NCBI GenBank assembly: GCA_964585225.1
Contig: CAZPCZ010000017.1
Location: 1-21,888 of the forward strand
Length of the DNA stretch: 21,888 nt
Origin: an uncultured Gammaproteobacteria bacterium
GTDB lineage: Bacteria > Patescibacteriota > Patescibacteriia > JACPHY01
Reading direction: 5' to 3'
Below the pieces are notes generated by a model. It made no database searches and was not told the origin of the DNA. It saw nothing but the letters and a program-made list of their open reading frames with translations. Below are positions 15,919 through 21,888 of the stretch, one piece after another. The position numbers were made by a program, and so were the translations under genes. Position 1 is the first letter of the stretch. The number at the start of each line of letters is the position of its first letter.

Positions 15919-16455
15919 ATGAGCACGACCACAATGAGTGTCGCACCCGCGGCTCATGCACAACAGGCGCCGAGCCCCTTCGAGAGCTCCGTTCCCTACA
16001 CCGGGGAGTGGGGCGACGCGCTCGTCATCTACTGCACGGACCCACGGTACCGGCGGCAGACGCACGAGCTCCTGCATGACCAGCTGGGGTTGCAACACCC
16101 GGCGGTCATCACGGTCCCCGGAGGGGTGGCAGTACTCCTGCCGCTCGTGGGTATCGCCCACAAGCTCGTGAAGGGCTGGCTCGACCTGCTCTTCGCGAAA
16201 CACCGCCCGCGGCGCATCGTCTGCGTCGCGCACCAGGACTGCGCTGCCTACGGCGCGGCCAAACACCCGGTCCTGAACTTCCTCGTAAAGGCAGCGACCG
16301 GGCACGCGATGGCCGATCTCCAACAGCAGCACCTCCGGCAGGCCCAGACCACGCTCGCGACGTGGTTCCCCGGCATCCCGGTTGAGACCTACTTCGCCGA
16401 GGTGAAGGCCGAGCCCGATGGCTCGCATCGGGTCGCCTTCACGCCGGTCACCTAG
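15919..16455 (+). CDS. Beta-class carbonic-anhydrase-like protein (Cab-type motifs hhIYCTDPR and IVCVAHQDC)
   Basis: RBS gggaggag. 178 aa. The CxDxR...HxDC spacing and flanking hydrophobics resemble small archaeal/bacterial beta-CAs. Paralog of the 12912-13535 product. Confidence 0.55.
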   Translation: MSTTTMSVAPAAHAQQAPSPFESSVPYTGEWGDALVIYCTDPRYRRQTHELLHDQLGLQHPAVITVPGGVAVLLPLVGIAHKLVKGWLDLLFAKHRPRRIVCVAHQDCAAYGAAKHPVLNFLVKAATGHAMADLQQQHLRQAQTTLATWFPGIPVETYFAEVKAEPDGSHRVAFTPVT

Positions 16456-16475
16456 ACGACGAAAGGAGAAACGAC

Positions 16476-16721
16476 ATGGCCATCCTCAGCATGCTGTTCC
16501 TGCTCGCGCTCATCGTGATCGCGTGCACCTACTTCAACTCGAGGCACGCGGACCTCTGGGGACTGAAGGGTGTCCTCGCCGGCACCGGGATCTTCTTCCT
16601 GGTGCGGTGGGGGATCCCGATCCTCTTCGGCCTCCTGCACCTCGCGCTCTTTCTCGTCGTGCTCGCGGTCATCGTGACCGTCGTGCTCATCGGCGTGAAG
16701 CTCCTCGCGAAGCACACGTGA
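16476..16721 (+). CDS. Small hypothetical integral membrane protein (81 aa, ~3 TM)
   Basis: RBS aaaggagaaacgac before the ATG. A strongly hydrophobic ORF, followed immediately by terminator hairpins. Confidence 0.45.
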   Translation: MAILSMLFLLALIVIACTYFNSRHADLWGLKGVLAGTGIFFLVRWGIPILFGLLHLALFLVVLAVIVTVVLIGVKLLAKHT

Positions 16722-16723
16722 TG

Positions 16724-16838
16724 GCGGCCTGAAGGCCGCCGCTACGAGCGATCGAGACACCATACGCCCCTCCGATGTTCATCGGAGGGGCGAACCATTT
16801 GGCGCAAAAAAATTTAGGGACTTGACTTTTTTTGCGCC
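16724..16838 (+). terminator. Cluster of three perfect hairpins: ggcggcc-tgaa-ggccgcc; cgcccctccgatg-ttc-atcggaggggcg; ggcgcaaaaaaa-N14-tttttttgcgcc
   Basis: Seen directly. The third stem has A7/T7 tracts and works as a terminator in either direction. Its loop carries a TTGACT box. Confidence 0.5.
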
Positions 16839-16849
16839 GTGTGCTAGGG
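16821..16849 (+). promoter_or_regulatory. Possible promoter TTGACT-17 nt-TAGGGT embedded in the third hairpin
   Basis: A -35-like hexamer sits in the loop/stem and a weak -10 about 75 nt upstream of the 16923 ATG. Low confidence. Confidence 0.3.
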
Positions 16850-16922
16850 TGGTTGTGTGAGTGATCTCGCGGCGCTCCCTGCCGTCGGGAACCACATCCG
16901 CAAGAAGAAGGAGGATGAGACG

Positions 16923-17162
16923 ATGTTCAAGTTGCTGCTGGCCGCCGTCGGCGGCGCCGCCACCGCCGCTTCGCTCTCCGAGGAGACGCAGGGCAAGCTG
17001 AAGGCCGCCGCGCGCGGCGTGCGTGACGACCTCGGCGCCGCCACGAAGGACGCCCGCGCCGCCGCCTCCCGCGAGTGGGGCCGCGTGAAGCGCTTCGTCC
17101 GCGAGGAGATCCTCGAGGAGCCGCCGCGCCCGTCCCGCTCCGACCCGCCCGCGCAGGCCTAG
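16923..17162 (+). CDS. Small Ala-rich protein, possibly YtxH-like stress protein (79 aa)
   Basis: An ATG 7 nt after gaaggagga is preferred over the upstream start. The N-terminus MFKLLLAAVGGAATAASLSEETQGKLK resembles the YtxH hydrophobic-Gly/Ala start. The rest is a charged helical region. Confidence 0.45.
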   Translation: MFKLLLAAVGGAATAASLSEETQGKLKAAARGVRDDLGAATKDARAAASREWGRVKRFVREEILEEPPRPSRSDPPAQA

Positions 17163-17270
17163 TGGTCTGCCGACCACCAGCCGACATCGCCTCCCATTGA
17201 GACCTCGACCTCGCGTCGGGGTCTTCCGCTTTCTCCTTACGCGGGATGGCGGTACCCTGAGAGCAGACCA

Positions 17271-17370
17271 GGATTGTTTCATTGTCTCATTGTTTCATTG
17301 CTCCCACCCCCTCTCGCTCCCCTTCGTGGGAAGGGGAGAACAATGTAACAATGGAACAATGTAGCAATGG
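17271..17370. repeat. Miniature TIR element: three TTTCATTG-like octamers, then the hairpin ctcccctt-cgtgg-gaaggggag, then three inverted octamers. No ORF.
   Basis: Left arm ggattgtttcattgtctcattgtttcattg matches the reverse complement of the right arm caatgtaacaatggaacaatgtagcaatgg at ~22 of 30 positions. AT-rich against the GC-rich background. The arms are near-identical to the TIRs flanking the four-helix-bundle gene. Confidence 0.6.
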
Positions 17371-17376
17371 TCGCGT

Positions 17377-18309
17377 ATGGCTGATCCACAGCTTGGTGGG
17401 CCAAATCAGGTTTCGGAACGGCAGCTCTCTTGGGGGCTGTGGTTTGTGGCGCACCGCGAGTCCCTGAAGAAGCTCGGCTACGGCGTCCTCATTGCCGTTG
17501 CGGCCGTGAGCTGGGGGTACACGCTCTGGGGCATCACGGACCATTTCCTCCTCCGAGGCCTCGACCTCCGGCGGGCGATCCAGCGTGACCTCGCGACGCG
17601 GCAGAACCCTCGTGCGGCGATCATTCAACGACAGCGACCGAAGCCCCTCGAGATCGCGGAGGTCCATCTCATCCCGAACGGGGGGTCGAGTTTCGATGTC
17701 GCCGCGCGGGTTGTGAACCCGAATCCTCGGTGGCTCGCGACCATTGAGTACCAACTCGAGGTTCCTGGGGCTCCGGTGGAACCGATGCGAACGCTCCTCC
17801 TGCCTGGACGCGACCGTTGGCTCGTTCGACTCAACGCAGAATCGAAAGCGAATCCGTCCACTGCGGTGCTCAAACTCAACCGGACCGATTGGGATCGCCT
17901 CTCCCACCTCGATGTGACGGACCCGAAGCGATTCATGGACGAGCGCCTCAATATTGAGATTATGAAGTCCGCATTCGTGCCGCCGCGTGAGCTTGCGCTC
18001 GGCGCGATTGCTCCGCCAATCCCGGGTGCGAGCTCCGGCCCTACCTCGACCACACCGACCACCGTGTCGCGCGCGACGTTCGAGGTTGTGAACCGGAGTG
18101 CATATGGGCTCCGGGATCTCGAGCTTGCGGTCTTCCTCCGTCGGAGCGGTGGGATCATCGCGGTGAACCGCATCGTGCTCAACGACCTGCGCGCCGGCGA
18201 GGCACGCGCCGCTGCGGCGACGTGGTTCCACTCACTCGGTCTCGTGCAGTCCGTCGAGGTGATTCCATACGTGAACGTGTTTGATCCGAGAACATTCATT
18301 GAACTTTGA
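17377..18309 (+). CDS. Hypothetical membrane-anchored protein with two beta-rich extracytoplasmic repeats
   Basis: 310-aa ORF with one TM (LGYGVLIAVAAVSWGYTLWGI). Starts 7 nt after the miniature element and ends 1 nt before the next TIR. No family recognised. Confidence 0.65.
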   Translation: MADPQLGGPNQVSERQLSWGLWFVAHRESLKKLGYGVLIAVAAVSWGYTLWGITDHFLLRGLDLRRAIQRDLATRQNPRAAIIQRQRPKPLEIAEVHLIPNGGSSFDVAARVVNPNPRWLATIEYQLEVPGAPVEPMRTLLLPGRDRWLVRLNAESKANPSTAVLKLNRTDWDRLSHLDVTDPKRFMDERLNIEIMKSAFVPPRELALGAIAPPIPGASSGPTSTTPTTVSRATFEVVNRSAYGLRDLELAVFLRRSGGIIAVNRIVLNDLRAGEARAAAATWFHSLGLVQSVEVIPYVNVFDPRTFIEL

Positions 18310-18310
18310 T

Positions 18311-18760
18311 CACTGTTTCATTGTCCCATTGCTTCATTGTCATGCCGATCGTATCTCCAGAAACGAAAAAGTACCTGCAGTTGAACGACATTGATGCGTA
18401 CAGAGTTGCATTCCAGCTATCGAACGAAGTTTGGGGCATCGTCATTCGTTGGGATCACTTCGCCAAGGATACGGTAGGTAAACAGTGGGCGCGCGCCGTT
18501 GATTCTATCTCAGCGAACATTGCGGAGGGGTTCGGACGTTACACAAAAAGAGATAAAATCAACTTTTACCGATATAGTTTCGGTTCTGTAAAGGAATCAT
18601 TGGATTGGAATGAGAAGGCGAAAGTGAGGGGGCTGATCTCAGCAGAACAACACCAACACGTCTACACCGCATTGAACCAGCTACCGCGGTTGATCAACCA
18701 ACTCATACAGTTCACGAACGAGCGCCTCCAGCAATGAAACAATGAAGCCATGAAACAATG
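18311..18760 (+). mobile_element. TIR-bounded cassette carrying a four-helix-bundle (23S rRNA IVS-family) gene; arms cactgtttcattgtcccattgcttcattg / caatgaaacaatgaagccatgaaacaatg
   Basis: The two 29-nt arms are inverted (~23/29 match) and each is made of three TTTCATTG-like octamers. The enclosed gene is markedly AT-rich relative to its neighbours. Arms match those of the 17271-17370 miniature element. Confidence 0.55.
18342..18737 (+). CDS. Four-helix-bundle protein (PF05635 / TIGR02436, 23S rRNA-intervening-sequence protein family)
   Basis: ...SISANIAEGFGRYTKRDKINFYRYSFGSVKESLDWNE... matches the family hallmark SIPSNIAEGxxRxSxKEFxxFLxIAxGSxxEL. An ATG 12 codons inside the TTG-start ORF is preferred. 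Confidence 0.85.
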   Translation: MPIVSPETKKYLQLNDIDAYRVAFQLSNEVWGIVIRWDHFAKDTVGKQWARAVDSISANIAEGFGRYTKRDKINFYRYSFGSVKESLDWNEKAKVRGLISAEQHQHVYTALNQLPRLINQLIQFTNERLQQ

Positions 18761-18773
18761 AGCGCTGATTATT

Positions 18774-19910
18774 GTGCCGCGTTTTCCCTCAGCACTACGT
18801 TCCGTGGATGGGTTGTTGATCACCGCTGTCGCATTGATGGCGGTGTTCGGTTGCATTGGGCTCGCAAGCTTGGGACTCCGGAGCACCCCACCAAATTTTT
18901 CGCTTCTCACACGCCAGCTCATCGCGATCGGCATCGGCGTCGTCGCGCTCGTGGTCGTTGCCCGTATTGACCACCACGCATGGGAACGGTGGTGGCCAGC
19001 GGTTGCGGTCGCCGTCGGTATCCTCCTTATCGGTGTCCTCCTCGTTGGCACCCGTATTCGCGGGACGCGCGGGTGGTTTGCGCTCGGTGGGTGGACGCTC
19101 CAGCCGGTTGAGTTCGCAAAGATCGGGCTCATCCTCCTCCAGGCGGTGTACTTCCGCCGTCGGGCGCGCCTCCTCGATCGGTTTCGAACCGTCCTCGAGA
19201 GTGCAGGGATCACCGCAGCAGTCGTGGTGCCCGTCCTCCTCCAGCCGGACCTCGGTTCCGCGGTGATCCTGATCCTCGTTTGGCTCGGCATGCTCTTCGT
19301 CATCGGTCTTCGGAAGAACCACCTCATCGCCATCGTCGCGGTCGCTCTTGTCACGGTCGCCATCGGGTGGCAGTTCTTCCTCCACCCGTACCAGCGCGAG
19401 CGGATCCTCACGTTCCTCGATCCCCACCGTGATCCCCAAGGCGCTGGCTACAACCAACGCCAGGCCGTGATCGCGGTCGGTGCCGGCGGACTCATCGGTC
19501 GCGGGTTCGGGCAGGGAACGCAATCGCAGCTCCGGTTCCTCCCGGAGGCGCAGTCCGACTTCCTCCCGGCGGTGTTCGCGGAGGAGTTCGGATTCGTCGG
19601 GCTCATGTTCCTCGTCGCGGCAGTGGTCGTCATCCTCCTCCGCTGCGCGTCGGTCGCGCGACGTTGCCCTGACGACTTCTCCGCTGCCGTTGTCATGGGA
19701 TTCGCGCTCCTCTTCGGCATCCAAGCGTTCCTGAACCTGGGGATGAACCTTGGGGGTGTGCCGGTGCTCGGGATCCCGTTCCCATTCGTGAGCGCGGGCG
19801 GGAGCGCGGTGGTCGCGTTCGGGCTCGGGCTCGGGATCGTGAGCGGGATTGCGAGGCGGACCCCCCGCGCGGAGCGGTCAACATACGAATTCGAAGTCAT
19901 CCCGAGCTAA
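18774..19910 (+). CDS. SEDS-family peptidoglycan glycosyltransferase (FtsW/RodA/SpoVE)
   Basis: Ten predicted TM helices. Conserved ...GAGYNQRQAVIAVGAGGLIGRGFGQGTQSQLRFLPEAQSDFLPAVFAEEFGFVG... and ...VPVLGIPFPFVSAGGSA... . The GTG start is as given in the ORF track. Confidence 0.85.
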   Translation: MPRFPSALRSVDGLLITAVALMAVFGCIGLASLGLRSTPPNFSLLTRQLIAIGIGVVALVVVARIDHHAWERWWPAVAVAVGILLIGVLLVGTRIRGTRGWFALGGWTLQPVEFAKIGLILLQAVYFRRRARLLDRFRTVLESAGITAAVVVPVLLQPDLGSAVILILVWLGMLFVIGLRKNHLIAIVAVALVTVAIGWQFFLHPYQRERILTFLDPHRDPQGAGYNQRQAVIAVGAGGLIGRGFGQGTQSQLRFLPEAQSDFLPAVFAEEFGFVGLMFLVAAVVVILLRCASVARRCPDDFSAAVVMGFALLFGIQAFLNLGMNLGGVPVLGIPFPFVSAGGSAVVAFGLGLGIVSGIARRTPRAERSTYEFEVIPS

Positions 19911-19916
19911 CCCACA

Positions 19917-19945
19917 TTGCGGCACGACCGTCATTCTGCTATACT
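19917..19945 (+). promoter_or_regulatory. Promoter-like TTGCGG-17 nt-TATACT upstream of the zinc-ribbon gene
   Basis: Consensus -10 TATACT 13 nt before the ATG at 19959. This would make a short-leader mRNA. The RBS is weak. Confidence 0.4.
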
Positions 19946-19958
19946 GGGAGAGTCAGAT

Positions 19959-20294
19959 ATGCGCCGATCCCCACCCTTCTCACAGGAGAGCTTGCGCCTC
20001 ATCTCGTACTGCCCGGTCTGCGACACGAGCTATAACCCGATGGAGGCGCGGGTCATTGATGAACGTGACGGACGGCACCTCATGCACATTCGGTGCAAGA
20101 AGTGCGCGCACTCAATCCTCGCGCTCGTGCTCACGAGCGGGATGGGGGTGAGCTCCATGGGGCTGCTCACCGACCTCACGTTTGACGACGTCGTGCAGTT
20201 CCGGAAGGCACAGCCGATCACCGTGGATGACGTCATCGCGCTCCACCACCTCCTCGACAAGAAGGAGGCGGAGGTATTGGGGAAGCTCCGTTGA
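19959..20294 (+). CDS. Small zinc-ribbon protein (CPVC...CKKC) with a hydrophobic central segment
   Basis: 111 aa from the internal ATG preceded by ggagagtcagat. Two CxxC pairs 29 residues apart. No family recognised. Confidence 0.5.
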   Translation: MRRSPPFSQESLRLISYCPVCDTSYNPMEARVIDERDGRHLMHIRCKKCAHSILALVLTSGMGVSSMGLLTDLTFDDVVQFRKAQPITVDDVIALHHLLDKKEAEVLGKLR

Positions 20295-20387
20295 CCTCCG
20301 GTCGGCAGCCATTGACGGCGCACATGGCCCGTGTACGATGAGGCTGCGGGTGATCCGCAGTTTTTGCGTTCAGGAACCTCTGCGAGT

Positions 20388-21098
20388 ATGGAATCACTGA
20401 CCCTCAAGGCAGCTCCACGGACCGCGCTGGGCCGGCGAGCACAGCGCGTCCGCACCAGCGGGAGCATCCCGGCCGTCGTGTACGGTCGAGAGCTGACGCC
20501 CAAGCCGCTTTCGATCTCGGGCGTGGAGTTCGCGCGTGTCTACCGATCGGCAGGGGAGTCCACACTCGTCGACCTCGCGGTGGATGGCGCTCCACCGATG
20601 AAGACGCTCATCCAAGAAGTCGCCCGGGATCCCATCACCGGGCACCCGATCCACGTAGATTTCCACGCCGTGTCCATGACGGAGAAGCTCCACACGCGTA
20701 TTCCGCTGAAGTTCATCGGCGTTGCACCGGCGGTGAAGGAAGTCGGAGGGGTCATCGTCAAGCAGTTCGACCACGTGGAGGTGGACGCGCTCGCGAGCGC
20801 GCTCGTCCACGAGATCGAGGTTGACCTCACTCCGCTCGCGCGTCTCGACGACGTTATCCGGTTCCGCGACCTCCGGGTTCCTCCCGGCATCACGCTGAAG
20901 CATGACCCCGAGGAGATCGTGGTGTCGGTGACTGAAGTGACGGAGGAGGAGGTGGCGCCGACGCCATCTGCCGCGCCGGAATCCGTCGAGGTGGTCGGCG
21001 CGAAGGGGAAGGAGGCGAAAGTCGGTGACGCCGCTGGCACCGATCCGAAGGTTGAGGAGAAGGGGAAGAAGAAGGATGAGGGGAAGAAGGGCAAATGA
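20388..21098 (+). CDS. rplY: 50S ribosomal protein L25 / general stress protein Ctc with a Lys/Glu-rich C-terminal tail
   Basis: N-terminal ...LKAAPRTALGRRAQRVRTSGSIPAVVYGRELTPKPLSISGVEF... and the central beta-barrel region are typical of L25/Ctc. An internal ATG is preferred as the start. Confidence 0.85.
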   Translation: MESLTLKAAPRTALGRRAQRVRTSGSIPAVVYGRELTPKPLSISGVEFARVYRSAGESTLVDLAVDGAPPMKTLIQEVARDPITGHPIHVDFHAVSMTEKLHTRIPLKFIGVAPAVKEVGGVIVKQFDHVEVDALASALVHEIEVDLTPLARLDDVIRFRDLRVPPGITLKHDPEEIVVSVTEVTEEEVAPTPSAAPESVEVVGAKGKEAKVGDAAGTDPKVEEKGKKKDEGKKGK

Positions 21099-21888
21099 CT
21101 GCACGCGCGCGATCCACTCGTCAGGAGCGTGCCCAGCGTGCCGCCCGGATTCCGTGGTCGGTCGTACTCGCTGGGCTCATCGCCCTCGCCGTCATCGGTG
21201 GGGGTATCATCGTGTCCGTGCGGACCGGGCTCGGACGGCGGGTGCAGCAACCGCCTGCGCTTGCGACACCTCCGACGACCGACGTGTCGCCACCGCTGCG
21301 TTCCTGGCTCGACGGCACGCCGCTCGCGGCAGGGGCAGCACAGCCACTCGCAGTCGCTATCGCGATTGATAATGCGCCCGAAGCGCAGCCGCAGTCCGGC
21401 ATCGCGACGGTCCCGCTCGTGTTCGAGGTGCCAGTCGAGGGAGGGAGGACGCGATTCGTGGCGGTCGTGTCTGTCGATGGGGGAACGCAGCCGATTGGCC
21501 CCGTGCGATCGGCGCGGCCGTACCTCGCCGGACTCGCGCAGGCGCTGGGTGCGCCGCTCGTGCATGTTGGCGGGAGCGATGCGGCAACGACAATCCTCCG
21601 CCGCAGTGGGTGGCCGCACATCAATCAGTACTTCGATCCGCCATTCTGGCGGGATGTGCGCCGGTCGGCGCCGTTCAACGTGTACACCGCGGCGTCGAAC
21701 CTTGGCGCGTTCGTGCAATCGCAAGGGTGGGAGGACCGCCTGCGTATGTCGGCCGCTGCGCTCTGGCAGTATGCCGACGGCGACGGTATCAGCGGTGTGG
21801 ATGGTTTCCTGGTTCGCCTCCCGTTCGATCGTCCGTGTCAAGCAATTAAGGAATGTCGTCCAACACCCATCGGCTCTGCAAATAAGAA
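21095..21888 (+). CDS. DUF3048 domain protein (YerB-like), 5' partial: open to the end of the window
   Basis: The ATG overlaps the rplY TGA (ATGA). N-terminal TM, then ...PLAVAIAIDNAPEAQPQSGIATVPLVFEVPVEGGRTRFVAVV...IGPVRSARPYLAGLAQALGAPLVHVGGS... matching DUF3048 N-domain hallmarks. No stop before nt 21888. It is absent from the ORF track because it is unterminated. Confidence 0.6.
   Translation, partial: MTARARSTRQERAQRAARIPWSVVLAGLIALAVIGGGIIVSVRTGLGRRVQQPPALATPPTTDVSPPLRSWLDGTPLAAGAAQPLAVAIAIDNAPEAQPQSGIATVPLVFEVPVEGGRTRFVAVVSVDGGTQPIGPVRSARPYLAGLAQALGAPLVHVGGSDAATTILRRSGWPHINQYFDPPFWRDVRRSAPFNVYTAASNLGAFVQSQGWEDRLRMSAAALWQYADGDGISGVDGFLVRLPFDRPCQAIKECRPTPIGSANK

Noticed and set aside
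17271-18760. Possible CRISPR array, suggested by the short repeated octamers.
   Set aside because: The repeats are 8-nt units arranged as inverted arms, not 25-40-nt direct repeats separated by unique spacers, and there are no cas genes.

Overview
High-GC (about two-thirds G+C by eye) bacterial chromosomal window. All convincing genes lie on the + strand except two (an RCK-domain channel-like gene and gyrB). Gene order, left to right: 3' end of an OmpA-domain gene; a 2-TM coiled-coil protein with a PspA/IM30-like protein; a NitT/TauT-type ABC importer (lipoprotein SBP, permease, ATPase) whose ATPase gene overlaps by 4 bp (ATGA) a classic-clade AAA+ ATPase, then a secreted protein; a stand-alone PF10014-like 2OG-Fe(II) oxygenase with its own TTGACA-17-CATACT promoter; a convergent RCK-pore-RCK channel gene; gyrB; an NfeD-flotillin operon bracketed by two paralogous beta-carbonic-anhydrase-like proteins; small membrane/stress proteins; a hypothetical membrane protein; a four-helix-bundle (23S rRNA IVS-family) gene; a SEDS (FtsW/RodA) gene; a zinc-ribbon protein; rplY (L25/Ctc) overlapping by 4 bp a 5'-partial DUF3048 gene. 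No rRNA, tRNA or CRISPR array was recognised. Main hunt results: (i) a family of short elements bounded by terminal inverted repeats built from three TTTCATTG-like octamers; one carries the AT-rich four-helix-bundle gene, one is an empty ~100-bp miniature with only a hairpin, and a ~135-bp AT-rich (roughly 30% GC) nested palindrome between gyrB and the channel gene may be related. (ii) A two-copy structured intergenic repeat with core GCAAAGCCCTACCGCCAC ... CTGCGCTCNGAGATCGG. (iii) The flotillin/NfeD module flanked by one intact-motif and one degenerate, membrane-anchored beta-CA-like paralog, with a His/Asp-rich repeat in NfeD. (iv) An AAA+ ATPase coupled to an ABC importer, with an apparent Walker-B Asp->Asn. 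Everything was read by eye from the sequence and the ORF track, so every family assignment still needs a database search to confirm it.
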